This document shows positions 24,255 to 37,200 of a DNA stretch of 64,000 bases, piece by piece (position 1 is the stretch's first letter; each line of letters starts with the position of its first letter). A program made the position numbers and the translations under genes. The notes beneath the pieces are model-generated. The model worked only from the letters and a program-made list of their open reading frames with translations. It did not search any database and was not told where the DNA came from. Where the stretch lies: positions 41,701,810 through 41,765,809 of the forward strand of contig NC_052152.1 of the NCBI RefSeq assembly GCF_902713615.1. The letters run 5' to 3'. Origin of the DNA: Scyliorhinus canicula. Its lineage: Eukaryota.

Positions 24255-25853
24255 ACTGTTGGAGGAGTCTGGAGAAGGGTGTGTAGATAGCCTGGGTCAC
24301 ATTGAGATACAAAAGGGCAATGTGTTGGACGTCTTGAAAAATATTAAGGTGGATAAGTCCCCAGGGTCTGATGGGATCCACCCCAGAATACTGAAGGAGG
24401 CAAGAGAGGAAATTGCTGAGGCCTTGACAGAAATCTTTCAGGTGATGTCCCGGAGGACTGGAGAATTGTCAATGTTGTTCCTTTGTTTAAGAAGGGTAGC
24501 AAGGATAATCCAGGGAACTACAGGCTGGTGAGCCTTACGTCAGTGGTAGGGAAATTACTGGAGAGAATTCTTCGAGACAGGATCTACTCCTTTTTGGAAG
24601 CAAGTGGACATATTAGCGATTGGCAGCACGGTTTTGTCTCACTAAGTTTTTCAAGGCGGTCACAAAGATGATTGATGCAGGTTGGGCAGTGAATGTTGTC
24701 TATATGGACTTCAGCAAGACCTTTGACAAGGACCCTCATGGCAGACTGGTACAAAAGGTGAAGTCACACGGGTACAGAGGTGAGTTGGCAAGATGGTACA
24801 GAACTGGCTCGGTCATAGAAGGCAGAGAGTAGCAATGGAAGGGTGCTTTTCTGATTGGAGGGCTGTGATTAGTGGTGTTTCATGGGGATCAGTGCTAGGA
24901 CCTTTGCTGTTCATCGTATATATAAATGATTTGGAGGAAAATGTAACTGGTCTGATTAGTAAGTTTGCGGACAACACAAAGGTTGGTGGAATTGCGGATA
25001 GCGATGAGGACTGTCAGAGGATGCAGCAGGATTTAGATCGTTTGGAGATATGGGCAGAGAGATGGCAGATGGAGTTTAATCCGGACAAATGTGAGGTAAT
25101 TCATTTTGGAAGGTCTAATACAGGTAGGGAATATAGTGAAAGGTAGAACCCTCAAGAGTATTGACAGTCAGAGAGATCTAGGTGTACAGGTCCACAGGTC
25201 ACAGGTGGAGGAGGTAGTCAAGAAGGCATGCAGCATGCTTGCCTTCATTGGCTGGAGCATTGAGTATAAAAATTAGCAAGTCATGTTGCAGCTGTATAGC
25301 CACACTTGGAGTATAGTGTTCAATTTTTGTCGCCACACTACCAGAACGATGTGGATGCTTTAGAGAGGGTGCAGAAGACATTTACCAGGATGTTGCCTGG
25401 TATGGGGGGCATTAGCTATGAGGAGAAGTTGAATAAACTTAGTTTGTTCTCACTGGAACAAAGGAGTTGAGGGGTGACCTGATAGAGGTCTACAAAATTA
25501 TGAGGGGCATAGACAGAGTGGATAGTCAGAGACTTTTTCCCAGAGTACAGGGGTCAATTACTAGGGGGCATAGGTTTAAGGTGCGAGGGGCAAAGTTTAG
25601 AGGAGATGTACGAGGCAAGTTTTTTTACACAGAGGGTAGTGGGTGCCTGGAACACGCTGCCGGAGGAGGTGGTGGAAGCGGGGACGATAGTGACATTTAA
25701 TGGGCATCTTGACAAATACATGAATAGGATGGGAATAGAGGGATACAGACCCCGAAAGTGTAGAAGATTTTAGTTTAGATGGGTAGTATGGTCCGCGCAG
25801 GCTTGGAGGGCCGAAGGGCCTGTTCCTGTGCTGTACTTTTCTTTGTTCTTTGA
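24255..25853 (+). mobile_element. CR1 LINE, RT half, frameshifted
   Basis: DKSPGSDGIHPRIL.EAREEI, GNYRLVSLTS, YMDFSKTFD, KFAD.TK motifs; (TTCTTTG)n tail. Confidence 0.9.
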
Positions 25854-26079
25854 ACTAACACTTGATAAGAATTCACAAGTGTATGCTGACATGCATTCTG
25901 GTACAGCCCCGTCAGTGAAAACAAATGATCATTACCACTGTGCCAAATTCATCCCCAGCTACTGTTGAGTACATACCTGCCATCTCTCTCTCTCTCGCTC
26001 TCTGGTCATTTTTCCCAATAAGCCTGAAGCTTCAACGTCGACAAAATGTTCAGACCGTCATTTGGTCTGTATTAGAAAG

Positions 26080-26660
26080 GAATTATCCACAGTCCATTGT
26101 CTGATGGATCTCCTCAATGTGCCTACTTTAACATTGCCAAACAGGAAACATCAACAGTAATGCTAAATGATTTTAGAAAAGCATTTGACAGTATAGATCA
26201 TAACATCGCAATCAACAATCTTCTTCAATTAGCAGTAAGCCATCATGTGTACACCGGATCCTAGGCTTTCTCCACCATCGACGGAAATGTGTTGGATGTT
26301 AATCGAGCACGTCTAGTTGCATAATGCTATATGCTGAGGCCCACAAGGAACCCAATTAGGTCCTGTTGTATTTTTAGCCAGCTGAAATAATTCCTGACTT
26401 GATATTGCCACCTCTATTCATCGCTAAAATTATGTTGATGAGCTGACCCTCTTGGTGTGTCAGAATCAAAACAACACATCTCACATGCAAGGGCAACTTA
26501 CTTTATTGGATGAATGGGAAACCATAATTAACATGAAACTGAACTCCAAGCTCCCCCCCACCCACCACCGCATCCCCACCAATTTAGATGTTGCTGAGAT
26601 TGTGCAACAAGTATGCATTAAACTGTTAGGAATCTACATTCAAAGTGATCTTAAATGAGA
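26080..26660 (+). mobile_element. Ancient L2/Crack-like non-LTR RT fragment
   Basis: DFRKAFDSIDHN, PQGTQLGPVVFL and YVDELT motifs with stops and frameshifts. Confidence 0.6.
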
Positions 26661-27013
26661 TTACGAAGTTCAACTTATTCAACTTCTCATAGCTAATGCC
26701 CTCCATATCAGGCAACATCCTGATAAATCTCTTCTGCACCCGCTCTGTGAAACGCTCAAGAACAAATGGAAACTCTACGTGCTGGCTTCACAAACATCAC
26801 AGCATATCTGAAATTGACTTATTCAGTGTTTAATATTACACAAGATCCACTGTCCTCAGAAACCTGTCACTTCCAGCATTTCCTTTCCTTTCTTCTTACA
26901 GATTTACAACACTTGCAGTTTACTTATTTATTGTATTTTTTTAAATTTACAGATGTATTTTATGTGTGTGAATTCTATGAGGTTTGCTAAAGCGTACTTT
27001 GTTCACATTTCAG

Positions 27014-27075
27014 GTTCGCAACTGCAAGAGGGAATGATAAAATGACATATTGGGGCAATTGTTGCTGGGGGCACA
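27014..27075 (+). pseudogene. Diverged duplicate of the HHLA2-like terminal exon: (G)SQLQEGMIK* then HIGAIVAG
   Basis: Identical acceptor GTTCACATTTCAG; CATATTGGGGCAATTGTTGCTG matches CATAATGGGGCAATTGCTGCTG; upstream intron 26850-27013 aligns with 22203-22369; in-frame TGA at 27043-27045. Confidence 0.6.
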
Positions 27076-27699
27076 TGAATTGATATATTTAGTGTTTAAT
27101 AGTCAAACAAGACCCATTGCTGAAAACGCAGTACCAGTTTTGAATGCTAGACATACCAAAGGGCATGTGAACAAGATTGAATGTGTTCAGAAACGAGAAA
27201 CTTAATGAACTCAACCTGACAGCTTATGACCTGCGGACTTCAATACAGAAATACAAAATGCACTGTAGTACGCATTTAGTATAGTATGCCATTTATTTTT
27301 ATTCTGTAAATTAAGAGCTGTATTTTTGCAAAGAATCGTAATTATTTTAAGATGAAAAATTAATATTGGACAATTCTTTATATTATACCTGTTTTATTTT
27401 AATGATTGTCTATAAATCTGTTATCAATTATGATTGCTTGTTTTATTAGTATCATCACCACAATTTGGCACATGCCCTAATGCCCTTTTCATAAACCAAT
27501 TATCTATTAGCTCCTGATCATTCTCCAGTGACCTCAAGTACACAAACCTAGACACATGATAGTCAAAATCAGACAGAATTATGGTAAATTAACTTATTAG
27601 TACTGATCATCAATGCTCACACATAGATAATGGTCACTTGGTTAAGGTGCCAGAGGTAATTTACAGCAGAAATAAAGGGTCAGGGCAAAATTTACCTGG

Positions 27700-29936
27700 A
27701 CTTTGAAGACTTCTGGTGGTGGTATGTAGGAGGAGGTTTCACGTTGGTTGGCTCCTGTTAGAGTCTCTGGTTTTTGGACTTTTATGTCCGGTTGCAGGGG
27801 TAGTTTGTGGATGAGTTGGTGTGGGAAGTCATAAGGAATTTTGAAGCCCCAGAAGAAAGGTGCTGGAAAGAAGGAGTGAGCGACAGTCGGCGGCGAGTGA
27901 GGCTCTGAATCCTATAGGAAGAAAGATGGCAGCAGCTGGCCGTTGGGTGGGGCCGCACTCCTGCCGGTGGAAACTCTGAATGAGGTGATGTCGGTGGAGT
28001 TTGAAAGGCTGTTTGCCAAGCATATGGAGGTGTTTTGGAAGGAGATGATGGCTATGCTTAAAGAGTAGGTGTAGGAGGCGATTGCCCCCGTGTAGGTAGC
28101 AGTGACGAAGAAGTCGGTCGAGGTGCCAGAGCGAGGAGAGAAGTTGAAGGGGGTGGAGAAGGCACTGTTGCAGCACAGCGACGAGTTCACCTCGATGGGT
28201 GAGGAGCGTGGCTGAAGCCGACAAAGAACTCAGAGGTAAGGTGGAGAACCTCGAGGATAGGTCCAGGAGGCAAAACCTGAGAATTGTGGACTTGCCCAAG
28301 GGGGTGAAGGGCCCAAGAGCAACCGAGTACTTTGCGAAGATGTTGCGGAGTTGATGGGGGAGTGGGAAGAATCCTCCTGCTATGAGTTGGACCGGGCACA
28401 TCAGCCGCTCAGGCCGAAGCCTAGAACGAATGAGTCACCAAGGGCAGTTATAGTCTGCTTTCACAGCTCCAGGTGAAGGAGAAGGTTTTGAGCTGAACAA
28501 AGCGGAGACAATGTGAAGTGGGAAGGTGTTGATATACGAATATACAAGGACTTTTATGCTGGAGCTGGCAAGTAGCCTTGGACGGGTGAAGGCAGCATTG
28601 TATGACAGCGGAGTGAGATTTGGAGCAGTCTACCTTGCGGAGCTGAGAGTGACTCACAATCTCACAATTCGTGGGACTTTTATTTTGAGGTGGTGGAGGC
28701 GTTCGTTATGGCTGAAGGACTAGGACTGAGATGAGAGTTGGGATTTGGACTTGGTTGGTCCAGATGATCAGATGAGGTTCAGGAAGGGGTGGGTGAGTCA
28801 GGTGTTTCATTCGGGTATAACAGTTGGGCACGGGGGGGGGGGGTGGCGATCTTGGTGGGGAAGACTGATTTTTCAGATGGAGATGGTGACTGATCAGGGG
28901 GGTAGGTATGTGATTATGACGGGTGAGTTGGAGGGGAGGTTGGTTTGGGGATGGGGATTGCATTTTTCTTATGGAGGGTTTTCCATTTGATTAGGGTTTT
29001 GTATTCTGTCTCTTGAATGGTGGGGGGGAGGGGGTGTTTACATGTGTTCTGGGTTTTGGTTTTCTTTATTTCTCATGGGTGCGGTTCTGCACTGTTTCCT
29101 GGTTAAAGGGAGGTGGATTTTGGGCACGTGAGGCCGGGTTACTGAGGAGGGGAAAGGGAGGCTCTGGCAAGGGTCACCACACTAGCAAACGTAGGTTAGC
29201 TAGTGAACGGGTGTGTGGTAAGGGATGGAGCCTGGTCGAGCAGGTTTCGATGGATCTGGGAGGTGTGAATGGTGGGGGGGAGGAGATCGATACTGGGTGA
29301 ACTGTTTGCAAGACAAAGTGGATGGGGGGATTCTGGGAGGGGGGAGGGGTTCGACGGTAACAAAAGGATGGGGCGGACCTTGCCGGAGGACCGGGGCCCG
29401 GGATAATGGTGATGGCGGATTGGGGGGGGGGGGGGGGGGGGGGGGTGCAGGGATGGAGTGATGAGAGGCCCCTGGTCAGAATGGCGGCACGGAATGTGAG
29501 GGATTAGGTGGACTGGTGAAGAGAACAAGAGTTTTTGTGCACCTGAAGAGTTTAAAAGCTGATGTGGTGATGCTGCAGGAACCCTATTGAGGTTGAAGGA
29601 TCAGATGAGGTTCAGGAAGGGGTGGGTGAGTCAGGTGTTTCATTCGGGTATAACAGTTGGGCACGGGGGGTGGGGGGGGGGGGTGGGGATCTTGGTGGGG
29701 AAGACTGAATTTTCAGATGGAGGTGGTGACTGATCAGGGGGGTAGGTATGTGATCGCGAAGGGTGAGTTGGAGGGGAGGTTGGTGGCGCTGGTAAGCATA
29801 CATGGCCCCAGTTGGGACGATGCGGAGTTTGTGAAGGGAGTGGTGGGTGCAATCCTGGATCTGCATACGCATGAGCTGATAGTAGGGGAGTATTGGAACA
29901 TAGTGCAGGGTGGACAGGTCCCAGCCACCCTCGCTG

Positions 29937-29971
<35 letters not shown>

Positions 29972-32105
29972 GGTGGACAAAGGTTCTGGCAGGGCTTACG
30001 AGGGAGATTGGCGAAGGTGACCCATGGAGATTTTTACACCCAAGGGACCGGGGGTACTTGTTTTTTCTCCCCAGTGCACAAGCTGTTTTCGGGGACTGAC
30101 TTCTTTGTTGTGGGTAAGGCATTGTTGGCCAGAACTAAGAGGTTGCCGTATTCGGCGGGGCCCGATGGGTTCCCAGTTGAATTCTATTCAAGATTTAAGG
30201 ATAGGCTGGCGCCGTTGATGGTAGGAATGTTTGATGAGGCAGGCCTCCATCTTGTTGTTGTTGAAGAAGGGCAAGGATGGCGGTAGTGGAGAAATTTGGG
30301 ATTGGGTCGAAGTCTGTGGTGTGGTGCACCTGTTATATAAGATGATGGCAAGAATGCGCACAAATAGTATGAACTCAGGGTATTTTACGGTACACAAGGG
30401 TGCAAGGTAGGGATGCTCCATGTCTCCCCCCTGTTTGCATTGGCTATAGAGCCCTTGGCCATTGTGCTGAGGAGCGCGGGGTTGTGGAACATAGGATGTC
30501 CTTATATGCACATGACTTGTTACTGTACATTTTGGAGCCGAGCTCTTTGGTGGGGAGCATAATGGGGTTGCTTCAGAGATTCTCAGGTTACAAGTTGAAT
30601 TTAGGAAAAAGTGAGTGTTATGATATATATAGACTGGGATGTAAAGAGTTAACAAGTTAATGATAATGCTTCTTATCACTAGAGGGAACCACAGAACAAT
30701 CATGTATATATGAAATGAAAATGAAAATCGCTTATTGTCATGAGTAAGCTGCAATGAAGTTACTGTGAAAAGCCCCTAGTCGCCATATTCCAGCGCCTGT
30801 CTGGGGAGGCTGGTACGGGAATTGAACCGTGCTGCTGGCCTGCTTGAAAAGCCAGCGAATATAGCCCAGTGACTGGCTTCTGGGATTCTGGGTAGAAGAG
30901 TTAGAAGATGGTTAGGCATGAAGATTAGTTGTGTATTTGAGAGATGAGTTGTTAGAGATAGCATAGTTTAATATAGCAACATTGTACTTCAGGAAGATGT
31001 ACTAATCTTATTTAGTCGTGTTGATAAATTAGTTTTGTTCGTCAACAAGGCTTGTTCTTCTTTGTTCATTACTACATATCCAAGTCATCTAGGTAAAGCA
31101 GAGTAAGCACTTTGAGGTCTCCCCTCCAGGAGTGGGAGTGGGGCGGCCGCCATTTTATCTGGTGGCCTCTCATTTTAGGGTTAGGTCTCCCACATTTGAT
31201 GTATTACTATTGGGCATCAGATGCAGAGAAGTTGGGGATGGAGCAGGAAGGGGGGAGCAGTTTGTGGCTGAGGATGGAGGCAAGTTCTTGCAGGGGGTCG
31301 GGGTTGAGGGCGCTGGCAATGGTGCCGCTACTCATGGCCCCAGGGAGTATTCTGGGAGTCCAGTGGTGGTGGCCACGTTGAAGATTTGGAGGTAGTTTAG
31401 GCAGCATTTTAGGTTGGGAGCTGGGTTGGGGGAATGTCGATTAGAGAGAATCATGAGTTTGAGCCAGGGAGGATGGATGCAAGGTTCCAGGAATGGGAGG
31501 AGAGGGGGATTAAGGAAATTAAGGATTATTTCTGGGAGGGCGATTTGCGAGTTTGGAGGAGTTGGGCGAGAAGTTTGGGCTGGCACGGGGAGAAAGTTTC
31601 AGGTGTATGCAAGTGCAGGACTTTGCGAAGAAGGCCTTCCTAATAGTGCCTGCCTCCTCGTTTCTGGAGGCGGTGCTGTCAGCAGAAGGGTTGGAGAGAG
31701 GGGTTGTCCCGGCGATTCACAGGAGGATTTTGGAAGACAGGGTGTCCATGGAGTGTTAAGGCGAAGTGGGAGGATGATTTTGGGGTTGTGCAGGAGGAGG
31801 GTCTGTGGTGCGCGGTGCTGCGGAGGGTAAATGTGCGCGAGGCTGGGGCTGATACAGCTGAAGGTAGCTGAAGGTTGGATGCACCTTACAAAGTCTAAGA
31901 TGAGGTGGATGATATCTGTGTGTGATGTGGCAGGGGCCCCGCGAACCATGTACATATATTTTGGTCCTGCCCGAAGCTGGAAAGGTTTTGGAGTACGGCG
32001 TTCAGCATCATCTCGGGGCCTTACATGTGGACGTGGAGCCCAATCCCCTCGAGGCCATATTTGGGGTGTTGGACTGGCCGGAGCTGCAGGCGAGGGCGGT
32101 GGCAG
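27700..32105 (+). mobile_element. Degenerate near-full-length L1/Tx1-like LINE (ORF1 and fragmented ORF2) with internal insertions
   Basis: 5' GACTTCTGGTGGTGG start; ORF1 ..LEDRSRRQNLRIVDLP.GV.G; EN motifs (ADVVMLQE, NIHGPSWDD); RT RQGCSMSP..F..YAHD; C-terminal YYWA and HMYIYF. Confidence 0.8.
30716..30870 (-). mobile_element. Short tRNA-derived SINE inside the L1
   Basis: Reverse complement of the 12507 family. Confidence 0.8.
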
Positions 32106-32107
32106 AT

Positions 32108-33500
32108 GTTTTTAAAAAAGTTTAATGTATTTTGTTACAAACGTATCAAAACAGGTTACAGCAAATAAACATCCCGGGCAATATACTTCCCACAATCAAC
32201 TATACAGTCTGTATAGATTTTTTCCCCTTTTTCACCCCTCTCCCTCGACGAACAGCTCCTCAAACATGGTCACAAACATCCCCCACCTTTTCTCAAACCC
32301 CCCTGCAGAGCTCCTTAACTCATACTTTATCTTCTCTAACCGCAGGAAGTCATACAGGTCACCCAACCATGCTGCTACCCCCAGGGCGATGCCGACCGCC
32401 ACTCCAGTTAAATTCGCTACCGTGCAATCAGAGAGGCGAAGGCCAAGACATCAGCCTTCCTCCTCTCCATGAGCTCCAGCTTCCCTGAAACCCCCAAATA
32501 TCGCCACCAAAGGCTCCACCTTTACTATCCTGGCTAAGACCGCAAACACTCCCGCCCAGAATCTTTAAATTTTTCACAATCCCAAAACATGTGTGCGTGA
32601 TTCGCTGGCCCCCGCCTACATCTCTCACAGTCCTGCTACCCCTTAAAAGAACCCACTCATTCTCGGCCGAGTCATATGCACCCTGTACACCACCTTGAAC
32701 TGTATCACTCATCCTTGCACACGAGGAGGTCCCGTTTACCCTTCGCAGTGCCTCACGCCATACTCCCCAATTGACCTTCCCTCCTAACTCCGCTTCCCAT
32801 TTCTCCTTGGTCTTTACCACCCGCTCACCTCCCTGCTCCCCCAGCCACATATATATCCCCAAATTCTTCCCTCCCCTTCCACATCCGGAAGCAGCAATCG
32901 GTCCAGCAGTGTGGATTCCAGCAAACTAGGGAACCCCCACCAGACTTTTTGTGCAAAGTCCCTAACCTGCAGATACCTGAACTCACTCCCCCTCGGTATC
33001 TCTACCCTCTCCCTTAGCTCCTCCAGGCTGGCGAACCCTTCCTCCAAATACAGATCCCTCACCTTGACCAGCCCCACTTCCCTCCACCTCCATATACATT
33101 ATCCATCACCCCCCCCCCCCCCCCCCCCGGCTCGAACCCATGTCCTCGCACAGCGGCGTTAACACCGACATCCCTTCCACCCGAAAATGCCTCCTTAACT
33201 GATTCCATATTTTCACCGTAGACTGCGCCACCAGACTCCTTGAATATCATTTCATTTCCGCACGGAGCCATTGGCAACGATGCCCACAAATTAGACCCCT
33301 TACAAGATTCCTCCTCGTCCTAACCCACTCCACCCTATCTCCTTCCCACCTTGTCCACATTCGCTGCCACTAATAAAGGAAGTTCAGCAACGCCACCCCC
33401 CCCCCCCCCCCCCCCCCCCCCGCCTCTGTATCTGAATCAGGGTCCTCCCCACCCTTGGCACCTTTCCCGCCCATACAATGTCCAAAATGATCGTGTCCAC
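32108..33500 (-). mobile_element. L1/Tx1-like LINE 3' portion, tail-to-tail with the preceding L1
   Basis: Minus ORFs with FRYLQVRDFA, WEAELG..W..ALRRVN motifs. Confidence 0.8.
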
Positions 33501-33523
33501 TTTCCGAAAAGGCCTTTGGTATA

Positions 33524-33816
33524 TGATGTGACCATCAATTCACAAGACACGTGATTGGAAGTCAACATTGGTTTTAATAGTCTTACAACAGAGCCTGCCT
33601 GCGACAAGATGAACTGAGAGCAAGCTTACGACTGCAGTGCTTTAATACTTCCGGTTAGTGGGAGGAGCCATGGGCAGAGCCAAGGGTGGAGCCCAGTACA
33701 AACTCCTCATCTCCCCCTATGGGCAGAGCCGTGCTACGGCTCGTATACAGAGCCCACGAGGACACAATACATGTAATACAACACAGTGTGAATTACTAGG
33801 TATATAATTCACCACA
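33524..33816 (-). mobile_element. Solo LTR (293 bp)
   Basis: TG...CA termini and 5-bp TSD GTATA (33519-33523, 33817-33821). Confidence 0.75.
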
Positions 33817-33945
33817 GTATAAAGATAGGGAGAGCCTGAAAGATAAACAAGAACCTCAGCCGGGGCAGATATTTTAACCTTCGCCTCACTGATTGCTCGT
33901 AGGAGGTGTGATGTTCTTTGTGGTTCTTGTTCTCAGGATGGATGT

Positions 33946-34233
33946 TGTAATGTTCACAAAATCCACAGAAGCCGAGTTCATGAACAAAACTAACATTTAT
34001 TTATACCACTTATTAAAGATCAACCACTTACTTCTACAGTAAACAATAATCTAGTAATCTACAATCTATACTCAACTAACACTAGTTTCTATGCCCTATC
34101 TATAATTGTACTCTGATCTCTCTCATTACTCATATGCTCTCCTCTCCAGCCTTCTTCCAGAAGTCTGGGAGTCAGTGCTTTATATATTTCTGCATCTAGC
34201 ACCATGCAGTGGCTAATTATGATATTCTGAACA
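33946..34233. mobile_element. Probable second LTR-like repeat
   Basis: TGTAATG start, TTTATT and TATA-like boxes typical of reverse-oriented LTRs; no clean TSD found. Confidence 0.35.
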
Positions 34234-34254
34234 TATCCCATAATGTCCCATAAT

Positions 34255-37200
34255 GAAAAACCTATCTACCTCTGTTTTAAAGACACAGTGATTTGGCCTC
34301 CACAGCCTTCTGCGGCAAAGAGTTCCACAGATTCACCACCCTCTGGCTGAAGAAATTCCTTCTCATCTCTGTTTCAAAGGATCATCCCTTTAGTCTGAGA
34401 TTATGTCCTCTGCTTCTAGTCTTTCCTACAAGTGAAAACATCCTCCCCACGTCCACTCTATGCAGGCCACGCAGTATCCTGTAAGTTTCAATAACATAGA
34501 ACATAACAGCGCAGTACAGGCCCTTCGGCCCACGATGTTGCGCCGTCCTGTGAAACCCCTCTAAAGTCCCTCTACACTATTCCCTTATCGTCCATATGCC
34601 TATCCAATGACCATTTGAATGCGTTTAGTGTTGGCGAGTCCACTACTGTTGCAGGCAGGGCATTCCACGCCCTTACTACTCTCTGAGTAAAGAAGCTACC
34701 TCTGACATCTGTCCTATATCCATCTCCCCTCAATTTAAAGCTATGTCCCCTCATGCTGGACATCACCATCCGAGGAAAAAGGCTCTTACTGTCCACCCTA
34801 TCTAATCCTCTGATCATTTTGTATGCCTCAATTAAGTCACCTCTTAACCTTCTTCTCTCTAACGAAAACAGCCTCAAGTCCTTCAGCCTTTCCTCATATG
34901 ATCTTCCACCATACCAGGCAACATTCTTGTAAATCTCCTCTGTACCCTTTCCAATGCTTCCACATCCTTCCTATAATGTGGCGACCAGAACTGCACACAA
35001 TACTCCAAATGCGGCCGCACCAGAGTTTTGTATAACTGCAACATGACCTCATGGCTCCGAAACTCAATTCCTCTACCAATAAAAGCTAACACACCATACG
35101 CCTTCTTAACAACCCTCACAACCTGGGTGGCAACTTTCAGGGATCTATGGACATGGACACCGAGATCTCTCTGCTCGTCCACACTACCAAGAATCTTACC
35201 ATTAGCCCAGTACTCTGCCTTTCTGTTATTCCTTCCAAAATGAATCACCTCACTTTTCTGCATTAAACTCCATTTGCCACCTGTCAGCCCAGCTCTGCAG
35301 CTTATCTATGTCCCTCTGTAACTTGTAACATCCTTCTGCACTGTCCACAACTCCACCGACTTTAGTGTCATCTGCAAATTTACTCACCCATCCTTCTACG
35401 CCCTCCTCCAGGTCATTTATAAAAATGACAAACAGCAACGGCTCCAAAACAGATCCTTGTGGCACACCACGAGTAACTGGACACCAGTCAGAGCATTTCC
35501 CATCAACCACTGCTCTTTGTCTTCTATCAGCTAGCCAATTTCTGATCCAAACTGCTAAATCACCCTGAATCCCATGCCTCTGTATTTTCTGCAATAGCCT
35601 CCCGTGAGGAACCTTATCAAACGCTTTACTGAAATCCATATACACCACATCAACTGCTTTACCCTCAACCACCTGTTTGGTCACCTTCTCGAAGAACTCA
35701 ATGAGGTTTGTGAGGCACGACCTACCCTTCACAAAACCATGTTGACTATCTCTAATCAAATTATTCCTTTCCAGATGATTATACATCCTATCTCTTATAA
35801 ACCTTTCCAAGACTTTTTCCACAACAGAAGTAAGGCTCACTGGCCTATAGTTACCGGGGTTATCTCTACTCCCCTTCTTGTACAAGGGGACAACAGTTGC
35901 TATCCTCCAGTCCTCTGGCACTATTCCTGTAGACAAAGATGACTTAAAGATCAAAGCCAAAGACTCAGCAATCTCCTCCCTAGCTTCCCAGAGAATCCTA
36001 GGATAAATCCCATCCGGCCCAGGGGACTTATCTATTTTCACACTTTCCAGAATCGCTAACACCTCCTCCTTATGAACCTCAAGCCCTTCTAGTCTAGTAG
36101 CCTGTATCTCAGTATTCTCCTCGACAACTTTGTCTTTTTCCTGTGGAACCATGCTGCTGGCCTGCCTTGGTCTGCTTTAAAAGCCAGCTATTTAGCCCTG
36201 TGCTAAACCAGACCCTGTATGACGAGCTCTTCATTCCAGGGATCATTCTTGTGAACCATTCCAAGGCCAGCACATCCTTCCTTAGATGTGGGGTCCAAAA
36301 CTGCACACACTACTCCAAATGGGGTCTGACTAGAGTCTTATATAGCCTTAGAAGTACATCCCTGGTCTTGTATTCTAGCCCTCTCGACATGAATGCTGAC
36401 ATTGCATTTGCCTTCCTAACTGCCATCTGAACCTGCGTGTTAACCTTAAGAGAATCGTGAACAAGGACTCCCAAGTCCCTTTGTGCTTCTGATTTCCTAA
36501 GCATTGCCCCATTTAGAAAATAGTCTATGGCTAAATTCCTCCTCCCAAAGTGCATAATCTCACAATTTTCCACATTGTATTCCAACTGCGACTTCTTTGC
36601 CCACTCTCCTAGCCTGTCCAAGTCGTTCTGCAGCCCACCTGCTTCCTCAATATTACCTTCCCCTCTACAGATCTTTGCACCATCTGCAAAATTAGCAACA
36701 GCGCCTTCAGTTCCTTTCTCCAGATCATTAATGTATATTGTGAAAAGTTGTGGTCCCAGCATCGACCCCTGAGGTAGAACATAGAACAGTACAGCACAGA
36801 ACAAGCCCTTCGGCCCTCGATGTTGTGCCTGGCTTTGTCCGAAACCAAGATCAAGCTATCCCATTCCCTGTCATTCTGGTGTGCTCCATGTGCCTAATCA
36901 ATAACCGCTTGAAAGTTCCTAAAGTGTCCGACTCCACTATCACAGCAGGCAGTCCATTCCACACTCTAACCACTCTCTGAATAAAGAACCTACCTCGGAC
37001 ATCCCTCCTATATCTCCTACCCCAAACCTTATAGTTATGCCCCCTTGTAACAGCTACATCCACCTGAGGAAATAGTCTCTGAACGTCCATTCTATCTATC
37101 CCCCTCATCATCTTATAAACCTTTAAGTCGCCTCTCATCCTCCTTCACTCCAATGAGAAAAGCCCTAGCTCTCTCAACCATTCCTCATAAGACCTACCCT

